From an uncultured Dehalococcoidaceae bacterium (GTDB lineage: Bacteria; Chloroflexota; Dehalococcoidia; Dehalococcoidales; RBG-16-60-22), in contig CAZPQB010000004.1 in NCBI GenBank assembly GCA_964588605.1, positions 1,341-65,340 on the forward strand: DNA of 64,000 bases, given 5' to 3'. The translations under genes were made by a program, and so were the position numbers. Every line of letters starts with the position of its first letter. Positions within the stretch are counted from its first letter, which is position 1. Positions 27,302 through 35,190 of the stretch are shown piece after piece. Under the pieces are notes generated by a model. That model did not search any database. It worked only from the letters and a program-made list of their open reading frames with translations, and was not told where the DNA came from.

Positions 27302-30265
27302 CTACCATTTTTCCTGGGCCAGTCTGGCAACAAGCCACTTCTTCAGGCGTTCATCCAGTTTGCCAACCCATGACTCGATTTTCCGCAAATCGCCGCTGGC
27401 AATGGCCACTTTCTCTTCAGCCGTTAAGTCATATTCTTTCAACGCCTCAGCGGGGTTCTCGGCAAGACGCGTAAAAAAGGCGTTGTCCTGAGTAGCCCTG
27501 TCCAGTACCGCCAGTACCGCCTTGACGGCAGAGACCTTGAACTCCGGAATTTTGGCTACCGGGTCCAGCGCTGCATTGGTCAGCATGTTGGCCGGCGACT
27601 CACGCCAGTGGAAAGCCATGAAGGCAAGCCCGGGGGAGGTCTCATCGGTAATGCGGGCCGGGGTTTCTATCTTGCCCCTCTCCGAAGCTATGGACACGAG
27701 GTCGCCATCTACGATACCCAGTTTCAACGCATCATCAGGGTGGATATCAACGGAACCGTTGGGATAGAGGTCCTGTAACACTCTGGTCCTCCGGCTCATG
27801 CTGCCCGTATGCCAGTGCTCCAGCACCCGCCCGGTGGTAAGAATTAGTGGATAGTCGGCAGAAACAGATTCCGCCGGAGGCTTGTATTCAACGGCATGGA
27901 ACTTACCCAGACCGCGGGTGAACTTGCCTACATGAAGAGTCGGCGTGCCGGGGTGGGTCCGGTCATAGCAGGGCCACTGCAGTCCGTAATCCTCCAGCCG
28001 GTCGAAGTGCATACCGCCGTAAATAGGGGTAAGCGCCGTCATTTCCTCGTTTATCTCCTCGGCGTTCTGGTAATTAAACGGATAACCCATCTTATCAGCC
28101 AGCATAGAAATAATCTGCCAGTCGGGTTTGGCTTCACCGGGGGAGTCGATAGCTTTCCTTATTCTCTGCACCCGCCTCTCGGTGCTGGTGAAAGTGCCCT
28201 CCTTTTCGGCGAAGGTAGCCGCCGGCAGAATAACATCGGCGAGAACAGCCGTCTCGGTAGGGAATATGTCCTGGACCACCAGGAATTCCAGCGTCTGTAT
28301 AGCCCGCTTGGTATGAAGCGCATAGGGTTCGCTCATTATGGGATTTTCGCCGACCACGAACAAGGCCTTTATCTGGCCTTGAGAGGCCGCATCTATCATT
28401 TCGGTAACGGGCAGCCCCGGTTTATCCTTGATAGTGCAGTCCCAGGCTGTCTCGAATTTCTGCCTGGCCTCCGGATTGGCTACCTGCTGATAGCCAGGGA
28501 AGACATTGGGCAGTGCCCCCATATCACACGCTCCCTGAACGTTGTTCTGACCCCTGAGCGGGCTGAAGCCGGTGCCCTCCCGGCCGATATTACCCGTCAA
28601 CATCAGCAGGTTGGCAAGACTTTTAACGTTGTCCGTACCCGTGGTGTGCTGGGTTATACCCATGCCGTAGAGAACAGCCGCCTTCTCGGCACCGGCGAAG
28701 AGGCGCGCGGCTCTTACAATACTGGCTTCAGAAACGCCAGTTATCTCATGTACCATCTTAGGGGTGTACTGCTTGACGGTCTCCGCCAGCTCCTCAAAAC
28801 CTTCGGTACGTTCCTCAATAAATTTCTGGTCATGCAGTCCCTCTTGGAGAATCACATTCATCATAGCGTTAATCAGGGCAACGTCCGTTCCCGGTTTGTG
28901 GCGCAGATGAACAGTAGACAGTTTGGCTAACTGGATGGCGCGGGGGTCAGCTACTATCATCTTGGCATTCCCTGATTTTACGCGCTGGCGTATTATCCGT
29001 CCGATGATGGGATGACACTCAGTGGTATTGGAGCCAATGATAAACAGGACATCAGCCTTGGCAAAATCGGCAATGGAGTTGCTCATGGCACCATCACCGA
29101 AGGCAGCAGCCGCAGCGACTACTGTCGAGGCATGGCAGAGCCGGGCGCAGTGGTCAATGTTATTGGTGCCCAATACAGCCCGGGCGAATTTCTGCACCAG
29201 GTAGTTTTCCTCGTTGGTAAACTTGGCCGAGCTCAGTACACCAAGGCTATCCGGACCGTGTTCCGTTTTGATTCTGGAGAGATTGTCCGCCACCAGTTCA
29301 AGGGCTTCATCCCAGCTGGCTTCGCGGAAGATATCTTTGAAATTGCCATTCACCTCGACATCCTTGCTCCAGCCTTCTTTCCTTATCAGCGGCCGGGTAA
29401 GCCTGTCGGGGTGATTAACGAAGTCAAAGCCAAACCTCCCCTTGACACAGAGGCCGCCCCTGTTGACGGGACTCTCGGTGTCGCCACGCACGCTGACTAT
29501 CTCATTTCCGCGAATCCCCAGATATATGGAGCAGCCTACGCCACAGTAAGGACAGGTTGTCTTAACCTCACGGGTCGGCTGGCGGGTGCTTTTAGCTACA
29601 AGGGCTCCGGTAGGACACCGTGCCAGACATTCGCCGCAGGACTCACATATGGATTTAAGAATGGGTTTATCGCCGAAGGTGCTGACTCTGGCCGAGTTGC
29701 CCCTGAAGGCAAGGTCAATAGCCCCGACACCGGCAATTTCGTGGCAGGCACGGACACACTTGCCGCAGAGAATACACTTATTAAGCTCACGGGTAAAGGC
29801 GGGATGGCTGTCATCAACAGGAATCAGCTCCTGGCTTTTCCGCATCCTGTCAAAATGCTCCTGTTCAATACCCAGGTACCGTGCTATCGTCTGTATGTCG
29901 CACTGCTGGTTTTTGGCGCAGGTGAGGCAATCACCGTGGTGGTTAGCCATGATAAGCTCCATGGTAATGCGCCGGGACTGAGTCACCATGGTCGACTCGG
30001 TATGCACCACCATGCCATCGGTGGCGGGCGTGGTACATGAGGTGGGCAGACCACGCATTCCCTCAACCTCAACGACACAGAGGCAGCAAGCCCCGTAGGG
30101 CTTGAGGTCAGGGTCATGGCAGAGGGTAGGGATATAAATGCCGGCACTCTGTGCTGCCTCCAGTATGGTAGCGCCTTTGGGCACCTCTATCTTCCTACCG
30201 TCAATAGTCAAGGTTACAGTACCCAGCTTTTGTTCTTCCCTGGTGGTTGTAATTATCGTAGCCAT
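27302..30265 (-). CDS. fdhA: Formate dehydrogenase catalytic subunit (NuoG-like Fe-S N-terminus + Mo/W-bisPGD domain, Cys type) with a ~75-aa C-terminal helical module
   Basis: 987 aa. N-terminal 2Fe-2S (CHDPDLKPYGACCLCVVEV), HHGDCLTCAKNQQC, two 4Fe-4S motifs, a MopB core and the active site HCARLCHAST (Cys, no in-frame TGA). The C-terminus ...LKEYDLTAEEKVAIASGDLRKIESWVGKLDERLKKWLVARLAQEKW is an extra module. Confidence 0.9.
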   Translation of the reverse strand: MATIITTTREEQKLGTVTLTIDGRKIEVPKGATILEAAQSAGIYIPTLCHDPDLKPYGACCLCVVEVEGMRGLPTSCTTPATDGMVVHTESTMVTQSRRITMELIMANHHGDCLTCAKNQQCDIQTIARYLGIEQEHFDRMRKSQELIPVDDSHPAFTRELNKCILCGKCVRACHEIAGVGAIDLAFRGNSARVSTFGDKPILKSICESCGECLARCPTGALVAKSTRQPTREVKTTCPYCGVGCSIYLGIRGNEIVSVRGDTESPVNRGGLCVKGRFGFDFVNHPDRLTRPLIRKEGWSKDVEVNGNFKDIFREASWDEALELVADNLSRIKTEHGPDSLGVLSSAKFTNEENYLVQKFARAVLGTNNIDHCARLCHASTVVAAAAAFGDGAMSNSIADFAKADVLFIIGSNTTECHPIIGRIIRQRVKSGNAKMIVADPRAIQLAKLSTVHLRHKPGTDVALINAMMNVILQEGLHDQKFIEERTEGFEELAETVKQYTPKMVHEITGVSEASIVRAARLFAGAEKAAVLYGMGITQHTTGTDNVKSLANLLMLTGNIGREGTGFSPLRGQNNVQGACDMGALPNVFPGYQQVANPEARQKFETAWDCTIKDKPGLPVTEMIDAASQGQIKALFVVGENPIMSEPYALHTKRAIQTLEFLVVQDIFPTETAVLADVILPAATFAEKEGTFTSTERRVQRIRKAIDSPGEAKPDWQIISMLADKMGYPFNYQNAEEINEEMTALTPIYGGMHFDRLEDYGLQWPCYDRTHPGTPTLHVGKFTRGLGKFHAVEYKPPAESVSADYPLILTTGRVLEHWHTGSMSRRTRVLQDLYPNGSVDIHPDDALKLGIVDGDLVSIASERGKIETPARITDETSPGLAFMAFHWRESPANMLTNAALDPVAKIPEFKVSAVKAVLAVLDRATQDNAFFTRLAENPAEALKEYDLTAEEKVAIASGDLRKIESWVGKLDERLKKWLVARLAQEKW

Positions 30266-30324
30266 GTTATCCTCCGTCGGAAAGGTAATATCCAGTAAAA
30301 TTCATCGTCACGTTTAATTTCTTT

Positions 30325-33300
30325 TTAGTCTTCCTCAAGGTCACACCTCAGGCAACGCCCCGCCTCCTCGGTCGCCGCTTCTACCGTGTAGCCAAGCTCG
30401 ACGACATTAAAGTCCTTAAGTCGCCGGTCAACAGCCAGCACCGGCATTTCGGGTCGCCTTCTTTCTTCATCTTCTTCCACTGCCGAAGATGCCGTTATAT
30501 CTTCAGGGGGAGCCAATTTTTCGTCAATCAGGCCCTGGCCACCGAGGTATTTATCTATAGAAATAGCGGCCTGCCGTCCGGCGGCAATCGCCTCGATTAC
30601 CGAAGCCGGCCCACTGACGACATCCCCACCCGCAAATACGCCTTCTACGTCAGTGGCGAGTGTATAGGGGTCAGCATCTATGGTGCTCCGTCCATTGGTT
30701 TTTATCCCCATCTGGTCAGGAATCTCGGGCCTCTGACCGACAGCCGCCACGATAACGTCAAACTCTTCTTCAAATTCGCTGCCAGGGATAGGCTCCGGCC
30801 GTCGGCGGCCACTATCATCAATATCCCCCAGCTTCATCCGGACACAATTCATCTTTAGATGCCCATTCTCTCGCCATATTTTGCTGGGGTTGGCAAGGAA
30901 CTCAATGCCGATACCTTCCTCCAGTGCTTCCTTTATCTCCTCATCAGCGGCCGGCATCTCGTTCCGGGTGCGCCGGTAGTAAATGGTCACCTTTCTGGCG
31001 CCGAGCCGCAGGGCCGTCCGGGAGGCATCAATCGCGGCATTGCCTCCACCGACAACCGCTACCCTCTTACCAAGCTTCACTTGCTTGCCCAGACTGACAT
31101 CACGGAGCAGCGAGACGCAGTCCATTACCCCCGGTGTATCCTCTCCGTCAACACGCATGGGTGTGCCGGCATGGGCACCGAGGGCGAGAAATACAGCGTC
31201 GTACCCCTGCTCACGGAGCGACGCCACGGAATCCATCCTGATATTTGTCTTTATCTCCACGCCGACCTGCCTGATGGCATCTATCTCAGCATCAAGTAGA
31301 TCCCCGGGCAAACGGTATCTGGGGATGCCGACCCTCATCATGCCGCCTGCCTCCGGGAGGGCTTCAAACACGGTAATGGCATGACCGCCGAGTTTGGCTA
31401 GGTAATAGGCCGCCGTCAGACCGGCCGGACCTGACCCCACGACAGCTACCCGCTTTCCGGAGGGTGACGCTATGACAGGTTCGACCGCACTCTTGCCGCC
31501 ATAGTCAGCGGCAAAGCGTTTTAACGCCCTGATGGCAATGGACTCATCCAGCTGACCCCGGCGGCACTTGGATTCACAGGGGTGGATACATACATACCCG
31601 CAGACAGACGGGAAGGGGATTTTTTCTTTGATGACAGCCAGGGCTTCATCATAATTTCCTTCGGCAATCAGGCGGATATAGCGCGGCACGTCAACGCCAG
31701 CCGGGCAGGTATGACTGCAGGGTGCCCTGACCAGCCCCTTACATTCGGCTGCGGGGCAGTGCAGTTTAATAATATGAGATTCGTATTCATCACGGAAGTA
31801 GCGGATGGTAGAGAGCACGGGGTTGGGCGCTGTCTGGCCCAGCCCGCAGCGCGACCCGTTTTTAACCGCTTCGCTCAACTCAATCAGCAGGTCGATATCA
31901 TCAGGCCGCCCTCTGCCATGGGTAATGTCCTCCAAAATGTCCAGCATCTGTTTGGTGCCCCAGCGGCACTGGATGCACTTACCGCAGGACTCAAACTGCG
32001 TAAAGGCAAGGAAAAATCTGGCCATATCCACCATGCAGGTATCCTCGTCCATCACCACCATACCACCCGACCCCATGATAGAACCGGCGCTGGCCAGAGA
32101 TTCATAATCAACCGGGGAATTGAGAAAGCTGGCTGGCAAACACCCCCCGGAAGGACCACCGGTCTGTACCGCCTTAAAGCGCTTACCGTTGGGAATACCC
32201 CCGCCGATATCGAAAATTATCTCGCTCAGGGTGGTACCCATGGGCACTTCAACGAGGCCGCTATTGGCTATTTTACCAGTAAGGGCGAATACGGCCGTGC
32301 CTTTGCTTTTTTCTGTGCCGATAGCTGCGTACCAGTCTGCCCCTTCATTGATAATTACGGGAACGGTCGCCAGGGTCTTTACATTATTGATATTGGTAGG
32401 TTTTCCCCATAGTCCTGACTGCGCCGGGAAGGGCGGACGGGGACGAGGCATGCCCCGACTGCCTTCGATTGAAGCCATCAGGGCTGTCTCCTCACCACAG
32501 ACGAAGGCACCGGCACCTTCCTTAACATGTAATCTGAAATTGAAACCGGAGCCCAGGATATTCTCACCCAGAAAGCCACGTTCCTCAGCCTGCTGTATGG
32601 CGATGCGCAGGCGCTTGATAGCCAGAGGATACTCCGCCCGGCAGTATATATAGCCTTCACTGGCGCCAATGGCAAAAGCCGCGATAATCATTCCCTCGAT
32701 GACAGTATTCGGGTCACCTTCCATGGTGCTCCGGTCCATAAACGCCCCCGGGTCACCCTCGTCGGCGTTACATATCATATACTTTTCTTTGCCCGGTTCA
32801 CGGCGGCATAGTTCCCACTTTTGCGCTGTGGAGAAACCTGCCCCACCACGTCCCCGCAACCCGGAACGCCTTATCTCATCTATGACTTGCTCCGGCGACA
32901 TCTCGCCGAGCACTTTCTTTAATGCCTCATAGCCGCCGGCGGCTATGTAATCTTCTATCCTCTCTGGATTGATATGCCCGCAATTACGCAGGATGACGCG
33001 CTTCTGCTTCTGGTAGAATTTGATATCCTTGTACTTCGCTATGGTCTCATCAGTGACAGGGTCGCGATAGAAGAGACGCTCTACCGGTTGGCCATTCATC
33101 AGATGCGATTGAACAATCTCGACCGCATCTTCTACCTTGACATGCGTATAGAAAGTGCCCTCAGGTTCAACCACCACAATAGGGCCCTGCTGGCAGAACC
33201 CGTGGCAACCGGTGAAATCAACCTTAACATTATTCATTCCGGCCTTCTTTACCTCATCTTCAATTTCCAGCCGAATCTGCTCTGACCTTGACGAGGTACA

Positions 33301-33369
33301 GCCGGTGCCCTGACAGATTAAAACAGTGTATTGCCCTTCAGGGATTGACTTATCATTTCCCTTCTTCAT
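30325..33369 (-). CDS. Fusion flavoprotein: thioredoxin-like 2Fe-2S + NuoF/HydB-like (FMN, NADH) + GltD/NfnB-like (2x4Fe-4S, FAD, NAD(P)H) domains
   Basis: About 1014 aa. N-terminal LICQGTGCTS...CHGFCQQGP, a NuoF core (GRGGAGFSTAQKW, ICNADEGDPGAF, ESCGKCIQCR), then GltD-like CPAGVDVPRYIRL, VAVVGSGPAGLTAAYYL and AGGDVVSGPASVIEAIAAGRQAA. The start was set at ATG 33369 (GAGGGGAG RBS); GTG 33384 is the alternative. Confidence 0.85.
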   Translation of the reverse strand: MKKGNDKSIPEGQYTVLICQGTGCTSSRSEQIRLEIEDEVKKAGMNNVKVDFTGCHGFCQQGPIVVVEPEGTFYTHVKVEDAVEIVQSHLMNGQPVERLFYRDPVTDETIAKYKDIKFYQKQKRVILRNCGHINPERIEDYIAAGGYEALKKVLGEMSPEQVIDEIRRSGLRGRGGAGFSTAQKWELCRREPGKEKYMICNADEGDPGAFMDRSTMEGDPNTVIEGMIIAAFAIGASEGYIYCRAEYPLAIKRLRIAIQQAEERGFLGENILGSGFNFRLHVKEGAGAFVCGEETALMASIEGSRGMPRPRPPFPAQSGLWGKPTNINNVKTLATVPVIINEGADWYAAIGTEKSKGTAVFALTGKIANSGLVEVPMGTTLSEIIFDIGGGIPNGKRFKAVQTGGPSGGCLPASFLNSPVDYESLASAGSIMGSGGMVVMDEDTCMVDMARFFLAFTQFESCGKCIQCRWGTKQMLDILEDITHGRGRPDDIDLLIELSEAVKNGSRCGLGQTAPNPVLSTIRYFRDEYESHIIKLHCPAAECKGLVRAPCSHTCPAGVDVPRYIRLIAEGNYDEALAVIKEKIPFPSVCGYVCIHPCESKCRRGQLDESIAIRALKRFAADYGGKSAVEPVIASPSGKRVAVVGSGPAGLTAAYYLAKLGGHAITVFEALPEAGGMMRVGIPRYRLPGDLLDAEIDAIRQVGVEIKTNIRMDSVASLREQGYDAVFLALGAHAGTPMRVDGEDTPGVMDCVSLLRDVSLGKQVKLGKRVAVVGGGNAAIDASRTALRLGARKVTIYYRRTRNEMPAADEEIKEALEEGIGIEFLANPSKIWRENGHLKMNCVRMKLGDIDDSGRRRPEPIPGSEFEEEFDVIVAAVGQRPEIPDQMGIKTNGRSTIDADPYTLATDVEGVFAGGDVVSGPASVIEAIAAGRQAAISIDKYLGGQGLIDEKLAPPEDITASSAVEEDEERRRPEMPVLAVDRRLKDFNVVELGYTVEAATEEAGRCLRCDLEED

Positions 33370-33889
33370 TCTTGCTCCCCTCACTTCTTGTGCTGAAAAT
33401 TCCAGCTACCTTCTTGGTTGTCATCTCGCCATGAGTTTCCTTGTTTAACGTCATGGTGGGTGCCAGAGCGCAGGCACCAATGCAGGCTACAGTCTCCAGG
33501 GCATATTCAAGGTCCGGCGTACTCTCGCCGGGCTTTATACCCAGCTGTCTCTCCACCTCTTTAAGGATACGCGCGCCTCCTCGTACGTGACAGGCCGTTC
33601 CCCGGCAAACCCTGACAATATTCCGTCCCGTGGGAATAAGCTTGAACTGAGCATAAAAAGTAGCCACCCCGTAGACCGTGCACTCCGGTACATTAACGAA
33701 CTGCGCTATCCGGCTCATGGCCTCCTCAGGCAAATAGCCAAAAACCTGCTGGGTTTCCTGTAATATCGGTATCAGCTCGGCTTTTTCACCCGTATATGAT
33801 GCCAGAATTTCATTTAATCGGGTTTCAACAGCTACTTCATCTTTTAGAGCAACCTTACGTGTATCCTGTATTACCTCGGCTGTACCCAT
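33353..33889 (-). CDS. NuoE/HydC-like thioredoxin-fold 2Fe-2S subunit
   Basis: About 178 aa. Contains ELIPILQETQQVFGYLP, VCRGTACHVRG and CIGACALAP. The start was placed at ATG 33889; the ORF-track start 33940 would overlap the upstream gene. Confidence 0.85.
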   Translation of the reverse strand: MGTAEVIQDTRKVALKDEVAVETRLNEILASYTGEKAELIPILQETQQVFGYLPEEAMSRIAQFVNVPECTVYGVATFYAQFKLIPTGRNIVRVCRGTACHVRGGARILKEVERQLGIKPGESTPDLEYALETVACIGACALAPTMTLNKETHGEMTTKKVAGIFSTRSEGSKNEEGK

Positions 33890-33909
33890 TTCAGACCTCA
33901 CTTTATTAT

Positions 33910-34248
33910 TTACCACTTTTCCTGCTGGAGGCGGCACCATATCCAGGTGCTAAGCCGCTTATCCAGTTTACCGACCCATGATTCTATCCGGCGTAAATCA
34001 CCTGATGCCAGGGCAGCCCTCTCCTCTGACGTCAGGTTATATTCTTTAAGTACTCTGGCCGGGTCTTCCGCCAGCCGGGCCAGAAACTTATGGTCATCGG
34101 CAGCCCTAGCCAGCACTTCAAGGATTGCTTCCTTGCCACAGGGGGCCTTTTCCTTTCTCAGGCTGATTACGCGGGATGACAGGTCTTTTTCCAGTTCATC
34201 AAGCACGGTGGAGATACTGATGAAATTATCGTCCTCTTCCCTCTCCAT
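33910..34248 (-). CDS. Small acidic protein consisting largely of the helical module also found at the FdhA C-terminus; first gene of the fdh operon
   Basis: 112 aa. VLARAADDHKFLARLAEDPARVLKEYNLTSEERAALASGDLRRIESWVGKLDKRLSTWIWCRLQQEKW closely matches the FdhA tail VLDRATQDNAFFTRLAENPAEALKEYDLTAEEKVAIASGDLRKIESWVGKLDERLKKWLVARLAQEKW. Confidence 0.65.
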   Translation of the reverse strand: MEREEDDNFISISTVLDELEKDLSSRVISLRKEKAPCGKEAILEVLARAADDHKFLARLAEDPARVLKEYNLTSEERAALASGDLRRIESWVGKLDKRLSTWIWCRLQQEKW

Positions 34249-34436
34249 ATGGCACCTCCCTTAGTTTCCTCTAGTTTTATGTTAACACCGAGATTACGGC
34301 CTTTCATCTGTCATCTGACCTAATCCCATTTGTCATCCTGGCCTATTTCTTAACTAGGCCATGTGTGCACATTGCCGGGCTACGATTACACGGCACAGTC
34401 CCCGTCTAGACGCCATTCTAAACGAGTCTGTTGACT

Positions 34437-34465
34437 TTGAACTCTTGCTTATCACGGACTATAAT
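34437..34465 (+). promoter_or_regulatory. Sigma70-type promoter for the second NarL-type two-component operon (TTGAAC-17 nt-TATAAT)
   Basis: TTGAAC at 34437-34442, a 17-nt spacer, TATAAT at 34460-34465. Lies 38 nt upstream of ATG 34504. Confidence 0.6.
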
Positions 34466-34503
34466 GGTACGAGGAGATGCCATTGAGGCAGAAAAGGAAC
34501 AAT

Positions 34504-35166
34504 ATGGGCAAGATAAATGTTATTATCGCTGATGACCATGTGCTTTTCCGAGAGGGAACACGCAACCTGATTGAAAAAGAGAAGGATATGGAGGTTATTG
34601 GTGAGGCCAGCGACGGCGAAGAGGCGGCTGAGCTCGTCCGTAAAAAATCTCCCCACGTGGTTTTAATGGATATTGCCATGCCCAAGGTCAACGGTATCGA
34701 GGCAACGCGAAAGATTAAAGCCAGCCAACCTTCTACAGCCGTGTTGATTCTAACGGCTTATGATAACGACCAGTATATTATGGCACTGCTGGAGGCAGGG
34801 GCGGCTGGATATCTGTTAAAGAATGTCAGCGGCAAGGACTTAATCAACGCTATCCGCGCCGTGCATGCCGGTGAGGCGGTACTCCATCCGACCATCGCCC
34901 AGAAGGTCTTTAGCCGCTTCGGCGCCGGTCAGGAAGCCAGGGAGCCAGTACAGGTAGCCGAACTCAGCGAACGTGAAACGGAGATATTAAGGTTAGCCGC
35001 CCAAGGCATGAGCAATCAGGATATCGCCGGTAAGCTCTTTGTAAGCCGACGCACCGTGCAGGCACATCTGGCCAATATCTTCCGCAAGATGGATGTAGGC
35101 TCTAGAACCGAGGCAGTTTTGCAGGCACTGAGAAAAGGCTGGTTAGGTCTGGACGACCTGGCGTAG
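34504..35166 (+). CDS. NarL/LuxR-family response regulator (paralogue of 21704..22366)
   Basis: About 220 aa from ATG 34504 (the ORF track starts at 34477). Contains VIIADDH, VVLMDIAMP, LILTAY, YLLKN and LSERETEILRLAAQGMSNQDIAGKLFVSRRTVQAHLANIFRKM. Confidence 0.9.
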   Translation: MGKINVIIADDHVLFREGTRNLIEKEKDMEVIGEASDGEEAAELVRKKSPHVVLMDIAMPKVNGIEATRKIKASQPSTAVLILTAYDNDQYIMALLEAGAAGYLLKNVSGKDLINAIRAVHAGEAVLHPTIAQKVFSRFGAGQEAREPVQVAELSERETEILRLAAQGMSNQDIAGKLFVSRRTVQAHLANIFRKMDVGSRTEAVLQALRKGWLGLDDLA

Positions 35167-35190
35167 TGCCTGACAAAGAGGATAATATCT

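Noticed and set aside
27896-30040. Long plus-strand ORFs (344 aa and 342 aa) inside fdhA, and similar ones inside polA, acs, the NuoF::GltD gene and aor
   Set aside because: They are antisense shadow ORFs within strongly supported genes. Their products are Arg/Gly/Pro-rich with no motifs. None is reported as a feature.
27302-30265. Selenocysteine in FdhA, expected because hdrA and mvhD use Sec
   Set aside because: The ORF is uninterrupted and the active-site position reads HCARLCHAST, so it is a Cys-type enzyme with no in-frame TGA.
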